Source: Auanema rhodensis (lineage: Eukaryota; Animalia; Nematoda). From it: 64,000 nucleotides of DNA. The notes beneath the pieces were generated by a model. It saw nothing but the letters and a program-made list of their open reading frames with translations, did not search any database and was not told the DNA's origin. Below, one piece after another: positions 26,301 to 38,800 of the stretch. Location: contig OZ059897.1 in the NCBI GenBank assembly GCA_964057225.1, positions 17,856,001 to 17,920,000 on the forward strand, written 5' to 3'. Position 1 is the stretch's first letter, and each line of letters opens with the position of its first letter. The translations under genes and the position numbers were made by a program.

Positions 26301-29300
26301 TCTTCAGGGTGAAAATCGAGGATATAAGTGTGAACTTATATCAGTTGATATCTCGGTGCATTTTTAAGCTAGCGCAAATCTGATAACACAGATCGACGCA
26401 GCTTAAAAATCCGCATCGAATGCACTATACTACATCGAGAAACGCTTAATACAAAAATTAGTTATAATCGTTTGAAAAATGATGCATTAGTGTATGTTGA
26501 GTTTCCATGTACACTCAACATTGCTTCCAAAAACATTTTGACAAAAATTTTTTCGAAAAATTTCAAAATAATTTAGCAAAAAGTAGATGTTTTTAGATTT
26601 CATTTTTCAAGGCAAAGACGATGGACAATGTTATTCAACGAAAAAATTAATTCTTCAGGGTGAAAATCGAGGATATAAGTGTGAACTTATATCAGTTGAT
26701 ATCTCGGTGCATTTTTAAGCTAGCGCAAATCTGATAACACAGATCGACGCAGCTTAAAAATCCGCATCGAATGCACTATACTACATTGAGAAACGCTTAA
26801 TACAAAAATTAGTTATAATCGTTTGAAAAATGATGCATTAGTGTATGTTGAGTTTCCATGTACACTCAACATTGCTTCCAAAAACATTTTGACAAAAATT
26901 TTTTCGAAAAATTTCAAGATAATTTAGCAAAAAGTAGATGTTTTTAGATTTCATTTTCCAAGGCGAAGACGATGGACAATGTTATTCAACGAAAAAATTA
27001 ATTCTTCAGGGTGAAAATCGAGGATATAAGTGTGAACATATATCAGTTGATATCTCGGTGCATTTTTAAGCTAGCGCAAATCTGATAACACAGATCGACG
27101 CAGCTTAAAAATCCGCATCGAATGCACTATACTACATCGAGAAACGCTTAATACAAAAATTAGTTATAATCGTTTGAAAAATGATGCATTAGTGTATGTT
27201 GAGTTTCCATGTACACTCAACATTGCTTCCAAAAACATTTTGACAAAAATTTTTTCGAAAAATTTCAAAATAATTTAGCAAAAAGTAGATGTTTTTAGAT
27301 TTCATTTTTCAAGGCAAAGACGATGGACAATGTTATTCAACGAAAAAATTAATTCTTCAGGGTGAAAATCGAGGATATAAGTGTGAACTTATATCAGTTG
27401 ATATCTCGGTGCATTTTTAAGCTAGCGCAAATCTGATAACACAGATCGACGCAGCTTAAAAATCCGCATCGAATGCACTATACTACATTGAGAAACGCTT
27501 AATACAAAAATTAGTTATAATCGTTTGAAAAATGATGCATTAGTGTATGTTGAGTTTCCATGTACACTCAACATTGCTTCCAAAAACATTTTGACAAAAA
27601 TTTTTTCGAAAAATTTCAAGATAATTTAGCAAAAAGTAGATGTTTTTAGATTTCATTTTCCAAGGCAAAGACGATGGACAATGTTATTCAACGAAAAAAT
27701 TAATTCTTCAGGGTGAAAATCGAGGATATAAGTGTGAACATATATCAGTTGATATCTCGGTGCATTTTTAAGCTAGCGCAAATCTGATAACACAGATCGA
27801 CGCAGCTTAAAAATCCGCATCGAATGCACTATACTACATCGAGAAACGCTTAATACAAAAATTAGTTATAATCGTTTGAAAAATGATGCATTAGTGTATG
27901 TTGAGTTTCCATGTACACTCAACATTGCTTCCAAAAACATTTTGACAAAAATTTTTTCGAAAAATTTCAAAATAATTTAGCAAAAAGTAGATGTTTTTAG
28001 ATTCCATTTTTCAAGGCAAAGACGATGGACAATGTTATTCAACGAAAAAAGTAATTCTTCAGGGTGAAAATCGAGGATATAAGTGTGAACTTATATCAGT
28101 TGATATCTCGGTGCATTTTTAAGCTAGCGCAAATCTGATAACACAGATCGACGCAGCTTAAAAATCCGCATCGAATGCACTATACTACATCGAGAAACGC
28201 TTAATACAAAAATTAGTTATAATCGTTTGAAAAATGATGCATTAGTGTATGTTGAGTTTCCATGTACACTCAACATTGCTTCCAAAAACATTTTGACAAA
28301 AATTTTTTCGAAAAATTTCAAAATAATTTAGCAAAAAGTAGATGTTTTTAGATTCCATTTTTCAAGGCAAAGACGATGGACAATGTTATTCAACGAAAAA
28401 AGTAATTCTTCAGGGTGAAAATCGAGGATATAAGTGTGAACTTATATCAGTTGATATCTTGGTGCATTTTTAAGCTAGCGCAAATCTGATAACACAGATC
28501 GACGCAGCTTAAAAATCCGCATCGAATGCACTATACTACATTGAGAAACGCTTAATACAAAAATTAGTTATGATCGTTTGAAAAATGATGCATTAGTGTA
28601 TGTTGAGTTTCCATGTACACTCAACATTGCTTCCAAAAACATTTTGACAAAAATTTTTTCGAAAAATTTCAAAATAATTTAGCAAAAAGTAGATGTTTTT
28701 AGATTCCATTTTTTAAGGCAAAGACGATGGACAATGTTATTCAACGAAAAAAGTAATTCTTCAGGGTGAAAATCGAGGATATAAGTGTGAACTTATATCA
28801 GTTGATATCTCGGTGCATTTTTAAGCTAGCGCAAATCTGATAACACAGATCGACGCAGCTTAAAAATCCGCATCGAATGCACTATACTACATCGAGAAAC
28901 GCTTAATACAAAAATTAGTTATAATCGTTTGAAAAATGATGCATTAGTGTATGTTGAGTTTCCATGTACACTCAACATTGCTTCCAAAAACATTTTGACA
29001 AAAATTTTTTCGAAAAATTTCAAAATAATTTAGCAAAAAGTAGATGTTTTTAGATTCCATTTTTTAAGGCAAAGACGATGGACAATGTTATTCAACGAAA
29101 AAAGTAATTCTTCAGGGTGAAAATCGAGGATATAAGTGTGAACTTATATCAGTTGATATCTCGGTGCATTTTTAAGCTAGCGCAAATCTGATAACACAGA
29201 TCGACGCAGCTTAAAAATCCGCATCGAATGCACTATACTACATTGAGAAACGCTTAATACAAAAATTAGTTATAATCGTTTGAAAAATGATGCATTAGTG

Positions 29301-32300
29301 TATGTTGAGTTTCCATGTACACTCAACATTGCTTCCAAAAACATTTTGACAAAAATTTTTTCGAAAAATTTCAAAATAATTTAGCAAAAAGTAGATGTTT
29401 TTAGATTCCATTTTCCAAGGCGAAGACGATGGACAATCTTATTCAACGAAAAAATTAATTCTTCAGGGTGAAAATCGAGGATATAAGTGTGAACTTATAT
29501 CAGTTGATATCTCGGTGCATTTTTAAGCTAGCGCAAATCTGATAACACAGTTCGACGCAGCTTAAAAATCCGCATCGAATGCACTATACTACATCGAGAA
29601 ACGCTTAATACAAAAATTAGTTATAATCGTTTGAAAAATGATGCATTAGTGCATGTTGAGTTTCCATGTACACTCAACATTGCTTCCAAAAACATTTTGA
29701 CAAAAATTTTTTCGAAAAATTTCAAAATAATTTAGCAAAAAGTAGATGTTTTTAGATTTCATTTTTCAAGGCAAAGACGATGGACAATGTTATTCAACGA
29801 AAAAATTAATTCTTCAGGGTGAAAATCGAGGATATAAGTGTGAACTTATATCAGTTGATATCTCGGTGCATTTTTAAGCTAGCGCAAATCTGATAACACA
29901 GATCGACGCAGCTTAAAAATCCGCATCGAATGCACTATACTACATTGAGAAACGCTTAATACAAAAATTAGTTATAATCGTTTGAAAAATGATGCATTAG
30001 TGTATGTTGAGTTTCCATGTACACTCAACATTGCTTCCAAAAACATTTTGACAAAAATTTTTTCGAAAAATTTCAAAATAATTTAGCAAAAAGTAGATGT
30101 TTTTAGATTTCATTTTCCAAGGCGAAGACGATGGACAATGTTATTCAACGAAAAAATTAATTCTTCAGGGTGAAAATCGAGGATATAAGTGTGAACTTAT
30201 ATCAGTTGATATCTCGGTGCATTTTTAAGCTAGCGCAAATCTGATAACACAGATCGACGCAGCTTAAAAATCCGCATCGAATGCACTATACTACATCGAG
30301 AAACGCTTAATACAAAAATTAGTTATAATCGTTTGAAAAATGATGCATTAGTGTATGTTGAGTTTCCATGTACACTCAACATTGCTTCCAAAAACATTTT
30401 GACAAAAATTTTTTCGAAAAATTTCAAAATAATTTAGCAAAAAGTAGATGTTTTTAGATTTCATTTTTCAAGGCAAAGACGATGGACAATGTTATTCAAC
30501 GAAAAAATTAATTCTTCAGGGTGAAAATCGAGGATATAAGTGTGAACTTATATCAGTTGATATCTCGGTGCATTTTTAAGCTAGCGCAAATCTGATAACA
30601 CAGATCGACGCAGCTTAAAAATCCGCATCGAATGCACTATACTACATTGAGAAACGCTTAATACAAAAATTAGTTATAATCGTTTGAAAAATGATGCATT
30701 AGTGTATGTTGAGTTTCCATGTACACTCAACATTGCTTCCAAAAACATTTTGACAAAAATTTTTTCGAAAAATTTCAAGATAATTTAGCAAAAAGTAGAT
30801 GTTTTTAGATTTCATTTTCCAAGGCGAAGACGATGGACAATGTTATTCAACGAAAAAATTAATTCTTCAGGGTGAAAATCGAGGATATAAGTGTGAACAT
30901 ATATCAGTTGATATCTCGGTGCATTTTTAAGCTAGCGCAAATCTGATAACACAGATCGACGCAGCTTAAAAATCCGCATCGAATGCACTATACTACATCG
31001 AGAAACGCTTAATACAAAAATTAGTTATAATCGTTTGAAAAATGATGCATTAGTGTATGTTGAGTTTCCATGTACACTCAACATTGCTTCCAAAAACATT
31101 TTGACAAAAATTTTTTCGAAAAATTTCAAAATAATTTAGCAAAAAGTAGATGTTTTTAGATTTCATTTTTCAAGGCAAAGACGATGGACAATGTTATTCA
31201 ACGAAAAAATTAATTCTTCAGGGTGAAAATCGAGGATATAAGTGTGAACTTATATCAGTTGATATCTCGGTGCATTTTTAAGCTAGCGCAAATCTGATAA
31301 CACAGATCGACGCAGCTTAAAAATCCGCATCGAATGCACTATACTACATTGAGAAACGCTTAATACAAAAATTAGTTATAATCGTTTGAAAAATGATGCA
31401 TTAGTGTATGTTGAGTTTCCATGTACACTCAACATTGCTTCCAAAAACATTTTGACAAAAATTTTTTCGAAAAATTTCAAGATAATTTAGCAAAAAGTAG
31501 ATGTTTTTAGATTTCATTTTCCAAGGCGAAGACGATGGACAATGTTATTCAACGAAAAAATTAATTCTTCAGGGTGAAAATCGAGGATATAAGTGTGAAC
31601 ATATATCAGTTGATATCTCGGTGCATTTTTAAGCTAGCGCAAATCTGATAACACAGATCGACGCAGCTTAAAAATCCGCATCGAATGCACTATACTACAT
31701 CGAGAAACGCTTAATACAAAAATTAGTTATAATCGTTTGAAAAATGATGCATTAGTGTATGTTGAGTTTCCATGTACACTCAACATTGCTTCCAAAAACA
31801 TTTTGACAAAAATTTTTTCGAAAAATTTCAAAATAATTTAGCAAAAAGTAGATGTTTTTAGATTCCATTTTTCAAGGCAAAGACGATGGACAATGTTATT
31901 CAACGAAAAAAGTAATTCTTCAGGGTGAAAATCGAGGATATAAGTGTGAACTTATATCAGTTGATATCTCGGTGCATTTTTAAGCTAGCGCAAATCTGAT
32001 AACACAGATCGACGCAGCTTAAAAATCCGCATCGAATGCACTATACTACATCGAGAAACGCTTAATACAAAAATTAGTTATAATCGTTTGAAAAATGATG
32101 CATTAGTGTATGTTGAGTTTCCATGTACACTCAACATTGCTTCCAAAAACATTTTGACAAAAATTTTTTCGAAAAATTTCAAAATAATTTAGCAAAAAGT
32201 AGATGTTTTTAGATTCCATTTTTCAAGGCAAAGACGATGGACAATGTTATTCAACGAAAAAATTAATTCTTCAGGGTGAAAATCGAGGATATAAGTGTGA

Positions 32301-35300
32301 ACTTATATCAGTTGATATCTTGGTGCATTTTTAAGCTAGCGCAAATCTGATAACACAGATCGACGCAGCTTAAAAATCCGCATCGAATGCACTATACTAC
32401 TTTGAGAAACGCTTAATACAAAAATTAGTTATGATCGTTTGAAAAATGATGCATTAGTGTATGTTGAGTTTCCATGTACACTCAACATTGCTTCCAAAAA
32501 CATTTTGACAAAAATTTTTTCGAAAAATTTCAAAATAATTTAGCAAAAAGTAGATGTTTTTAGATTCCATTTTTCAAGGCAAAGACGATGGACAATGTTA
32601 TTCAACGAAAAAAGTAATTCTTCAGGGTGAAAATCGAGGATATAAGTGTGAACTTATATCAGTTGATATCTTGGTGCATTTTTAAGCTAGCGCAAATCTG
32701 ATAACACAGATCGACGCAGCTTAAAAATCCGCATCGAATGCACTATACTACATTGAGAAACGCTTAATACAAAAATTAGTTATGATCGTTTGAAAAATGA
32801 TGCATTAGTGTATGTTGAGTTTCCATGTACACTCAACATTGCTTCCAAAAACATTTTGACAAAAATTTTTTCGAAAAATTTCAAAATAATTTAGCAAAAA
32901 GTAGATGTTTTTAGATTCCATTTTTTAAGGCAAAGACGATGGACAATGTTATTCAACGAAAAAAGTAATTCTTCAGGGTGAAAATCGAGGATATAAGTGT
33001 GAACTTATATCAGTTGATATCTCGGTGCATTTTTAAGCTAGCGCAAATCTGATAACACAGATCGACGCAGCTTAAAAATCCGCATCGAATGCACTATACT
33101 ACATTGAGAAACGCTTAATACAAAAATTAGTTATAATCGTTTGAAAAATGATGCATTAGTGTATGTTGAGTTTCCATGTACACTCAACATTGCTTCCAAA
33201 AACATTTTGACAAAAATTTTTTCGAAAAATTTCAAAATAATTTAGCAAAAAGTAGATGTTTTTAGATTCCATTTTTTAAGGCAAAGACGATGGACAATGT
33301 TATTCAACGAAAAAAGTAATTCTTCAGGGTGAAAATCGAGGATATAAGTGTGAACTTATATCAGTTGATATCTCGGTGCATTTTTAAGCTAGCGCAAATC
33401 TGATAACACAGATCGACGCAGCTTAAAAATCCGCATCGAATGCACTATACTACATTGAGAAACGCTTAATACAAAAATTAGTTATAATCGTTTGAAAAAT
33501 GATGCATTAGTGTATGTTGAGTTTCCATGTACACTCAACATTGCTTCCAAAAACATTTTGACAAAAATTTTTTCGAAAAATTTCAAAATAATTTAGCAAA
33601 AAGTAGATGTTTTTAGATTCCATTTTCCAAGGCGAAGACGATGGACAATCTTATTCAACGAAAAAATTAATTCTTCAGGGTGAAAATCGAGGATATAAGT
33701 GTGAACTTATATCAGTTGATATCTCGGTGCATTTTTAAGCTAGCGCAAATCTGATAACACAGTTCGACGCAGCTTAAAAATCCGCATCGAATGCACTATA
33801 CTACATCGAGAAACGCTTAATACAAAAATTAGTTATAATCGTTTGAAAAATGATGCATTAGTGTATGTTGAGTTTCCATGTACACTCAACATTGCTTCCA
33901 AAAACATTTTGACAAAAATTTTTTCGAAAAATTTCAAAATAATTTAGCAAAAAGTAGATGTTTTTAGATTCCATTTTTCAAGGCAAAGACGATGGACAAT
34001 GTTATTCAACGAAAAAAGTAATTCTTCAGGGTGAAAATCGAGGATATAAGTGTGAACTTATATCAGTTGATATCTTGGTGCATTTTTAAGCTAGCGCAAA
34101 TCTGATAACACAGATCGACGCAGCTTAAAAATCCGCATCGAATGCACTATACTACATTGAGAAACGCTTAATACAAAAATTAGTTATGATCGTTTGAAAA
34201 ATGATGCATTAGTGTATGTTGAGTTTCCATGTACACTCAACATTGCTTCCAAAAACATTTTGACAAAAATTTTTTCGAAAAATTTCAAAATAATTTAGCA
34301 AAAAGTAGATGTTTTTAGATTCCATTTTTTAAGGCAAAGACGATGGACAATGTTATTCAACGAAAAAAGTAATTCTTCAGGGTGAAAATCGAGGATATAA
34401 GTGTGAACTTATATCAGTTGATATCTCGGTGCATTTTTAAGCTAGCGCAAATCTGATAACACAGATCGACGCAGCTTAAAAATCCGCATCGAATGCACTA
34501 TACTACATTGAGAAACGCTTAATACAAAAATTAGTTATAATCGTTTGAAAAATGATGCATTAGTGTATGTTGAGTTTCCATGTACACTCAACATTGCTTC
34601 CAAAAACATTTTGACAAAAATTTTTTCGAAAAATTTCAAAATAATTTAGCAAAAAGTAGATGTTTTTAGATTCCATTTTCCAAGGCGAAGACGATGGACA
34701 ATCTTATTCAACGAAAAAATTAATTCTTCAGGGTGAAAATCGAGGATATAAGTGTGAACTTATATCAGTTGATATCTCGGTGCATTTTTAAGCTAGCGCA
34801 AATCTGATAACACAGTTCGACGCAGCTTAAAAATCCGCATCGAATGCACTATACTACATCGAGAAACGCTTAATACAAAAATTAGTTATAATCGTTTGAA
34901 AAATGATGCATTAGTGTATGTTGAGTTTCCATGTACACTCAACATTGCTTCCAAAAACATTTTGACAAAAATTTTTTCGAAAAATTTCAAAATAATTTAG
35001 CAAAAAGTAGATGTTTTTAGATTCCATTTTTCAAGGCAAAGACGATGGACAATGTTATTCAACGAAAAAATTAATTCTTCAGGGTGAAAATCGAGGATAT
35101 AAGTGTGAACTTATGTCAGTTGATATCTCGGTGCATTGTTAAGCTAGCGCAAATCTGATAACACAGATCGACGCAGCTTTAAAATCCGCATCGAATGCAC
35201 TATACTACATTGAGAAACGCTTAATACAAAAATTAGTTATAATCGTTTGAAAAATGATGCATTAGTGTATGTTGAGTTTCCATGTACACTCAACATTGCT

Positions 35301-35805
35301 TCCAAAAACATTTTGACAAAAATTTTTTCGAAAAATTTCAAAATAATTTAGCAAAAAGTAGATGTTTTTAGATTCCATTTTTTAAGGCAAAGACGATGGA
35401 CAATGTTATTCAACGAAAAAATTAATTCTTCAGGGTGAAAATCGAGGATATAAGTGTGAACTTATATCAGTTGATATCTTGGTGCATTTTTAAGCTAGCG
35501 CAAATCTGATAACACAGATCGACGCAGCTTAAAAATCCGCATCGAATGCACTATACTACATTGAGAAACGCTTAATACAAAAATTAGTTATGATCGTTTG
35601 AAAAATGATGCATTAGTGTATGTTGAGTTTCCATGTACACTCAACATTGCTTCCAAAAACATTTTGACAAAAATTTTTTCGAAAAATTTCAAAATAATTT
35701 AGCAAAAAGTAGATGTTTTTAGATTCCATTTTTCAAGGCAAAGACGATGGACAATGTTATTCAACGAAAAAAGTAATTCTTCAGGGTGAAAATCGAGGAT
35801 ATAAG
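14395..35805. repeat. Large tandem duplication of 31 monomers (14395-25275) and 30 monomers (25276-35805)
   Basis: Rare variants recur at a 10530-bp offset: ACTTTGAG at ~21871/32401, GCTTTAAAAT at 24650/35180, and CAGTTCG at 19021/29551, 23233/33763 and 24286/34816. Confidence 0.9.
14746..33699. repeat. Higher-order repeat domain 2: 12-mer (4212 bp), four copies nested in the large duplication
   Basis: Copies at 14746-18957, 18958-23169, 25627-29487 (11-mer, one monomer lost) and 29488-33699. Each begins with the T165C monomer (AGTGCATG) and contains two A239G monomers, each followed by a T8A monomer. Confidence 0.87.
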
Positions 35806-38800
35806 TGTGAACTTATATCAGTTGATATCTCGGTGCATTTTTAAGCTAGCGCAAATCTGATAACACAGATCGACGCAGCTTAAAAATCCGCATCGAATGC
35901 ACTATACTACATTGAGAAACGCTTAATACAAAAATTAGTTATAATCGTTTGAAAAATGATGCATTAGTGTATGTTGAGTTTCCATGTACACTCAACATTG
36001 CTTCCAAAAACATTTTGACAAAAATTTTTTCGAAAAATTTCAAAATAATTTAGCAAAAAGTAGATGTTTTTAGATTTCATTTTCCAAGGCGAAGACGATG
36101 GACAATGTTATTCAACGAAAAAATTAATTCTTCAGGGTGAAAATCGAGGATATAAGTGTGAACTTATATCAGTTGATATCTCGGTGCATTTTTAAGCTAG
36201 CGCAAATCTGATAACACAGATCGACGCAGCTTAAAAATCCGCATCGAATGCACTATACTACATCGAGAAACGCTTAATACAAAAATTAGTTATAATCGTT
36301 TGAAAAATGATGCATTAGTGTATGTTGAGTTTCCATGTACACTCAACATTGCTTCCAAAAACATTTTGACAAAAATTTTTTCGAAAAATTTCAAAATAAT
36401 TTAGCAAAAAGTAGATGTTTTTAGATTCCATTTTTCAAGGCAAAGACGATGGACAATGTTATTCAACGAAAAAATTAATTCTTCAGGGTGAAAATCGAGG
36501 ATATAAGTGTGAACTTATGTCAGTTGATATCTCGGTGCATTGTTAAGCTAGCGCAAATCTGATAACACAGATCGACGCAGCTTAAAAATCCGCATCGAAT
36601 GCACTATACTACATTGAGAAACGCTTAATACAAAAATTAGTTATAATCGTTTGAAAAATGATGCATTAGTGTATGTTGAGTTTCCATGTACACTCAACAT
36701 TGCTTCCAAAAACATTTTGACAAAAATTTTTTCGAAAAATTTCAAAATAATTTAGCAAAAAGTAGATGTTTTTAGATTCCATTTTTTAAGGCAAAGACGA
36801 TGGACAATGTTATTCAACGAAAAAATTAATTCTTCAGGGTGAAAATCGAGGATATAAGTGTGAACTTATATCAGTTGATATCTTGGTGCATTTTTAAGCT
36901 AGCGCAAATCTGATAACACAGATCGACGCAGCTTAAAAATCCGCATCGAATGCACTATACTACATTGAGAAACGCTTAATACAAAAATTAGTTATGATCG
37001 TTTGAAAAATGATGCATTAGTGTATGTTGAGTTTCCATGTACACTCAACATTGCTTCCAAAAACATTTTGACAAAAATTTTTTCGAAAAATTTCAAAATA
37101 ATTTAGCAAAAAGTAGATGTTTTTAGATTCCATTTTTCAAGGCAAAGACGATGGACAATGTTATTCAACGAAAAAAGTAATTCTTCAGGGTGAAAATCGA
37201 GGATATAAGTGTGAACTTATATCAGTTGATATCTCGGTGCATTTTTAAGCTAGCGCAAATCTGATAACACAGATCGACGCAGCTTAAAAATCCGCATCGA
37301 ATGCACTATACTACATTGAGAAACGCTTAATACAAAAATTAGTTATAATCGTTTGAAAAATGATGCATTAGTGTATGTTGAGTTTCCATGTACACTCAAC
37401 ATTGCTTCCAAAAACATTTTGACAAAAATTTTTTCGAAAAATTTCAAAATAATTTAGCAAAAAGTAGATGTTTTTAGATTTCATTTTCCAAGGCGAAGAC
37501 GATGGACAATGTTATTCAACGAAAAAATTAATTCTTCAGGGTGAAAATCGAGGATATAAGTGTGAACTTATATCAGTTGATATCTCGGTGCATTTTTAAG
37601 CTAGCGCAAATCTGATAACACAGATCGACGCAGCTTAAAAATCCGCATCGAATGCACTATACTACATCGAGAAACGCTTAATACAAAAATTAGTTATAAT
37701 CGTTTGAAAAATGATGCATTAGTGTATGTTGAGTTTCCATGTACACTCAACATTGCTTCCAAAAACATTTTGACAAAAATTTTTTCGAAAAATTTCAAAA
37801 TAATTTAGCAAAAAGTAGATGTTTTTAGATTTCATTTTTCAAGGCAAAGACGATGGACAATGTTATTCAACGAAAAAATTAATTCTTCAGGGTGAAAATC
37901 GAGGATATAAGTGTGAACTTATATCAGTTGATATCTCGGTGCATTTTTAAGCTAGCGCAAATCTGATAACACAGATCGACGCAGCTTAAAAATCCGCATC
38001 GAATGCACTATACTACATTGAGAAACGCTTAATACAAAAATTAGTTATAATCGTTTGAAAAATGATGCATTAGTGTATGTTGAGTTTCCATGTACACTCA
38101 ACATTGCTTCCAAAAACATTTTGACAAAAATTTTTTCGAAAAATTTCAAAATAATTTAGCAAAAAGTAGATGTTTTTAGATTTCATTTTCCAAGGCGAAG
38201 ACGATGGACAATGTTATTCAACGAAAAAATTAATTCTTCAGGGTGAAAATCGAGGATATAAGTGTGAACTTATATCAGTTGATATCTCGGTGCATTTTTA
38301 AGCTAGCGCAAATCTGATAACACAGATCGACGCAGCTTAAAAATCCGCATCGAATGCACTATACTACATCGAGAAACGCTTAATACAAAAATTAGTTATA
38401 ATCGTTTGAAAAATGATGCATTAGTGTATGTTGAGTTTCCATGTACACTCAACATTGCTTCCAAAAACATTTTGACAAAAATTTTTTCGAAAAATTTCAA
38501 AATAATTTAGCAAAAAGTAGATGTTTTTAGATTTCATTTTTCAAGGCAAAGACGATGGACAATGTTATTCAACGAAAAAATTAATTCTTCAGGGTGAAAA
38601 TCGAGGATATAAGTGTGAACTTATATCAGTTGATATCTCGGTGCATTTTTAAGCTAGCGCAAATCTGATAACACAGATCGACGCAGCTTAAAAATCCGCA
38701 TCGAATGCACTATACTACATTGAGAAACGCTTAATACAAAAATTAGTTATAATCGTTTGAAAAATGATGCATTAGTGTATGTTGAGTTTCCATGTACACT

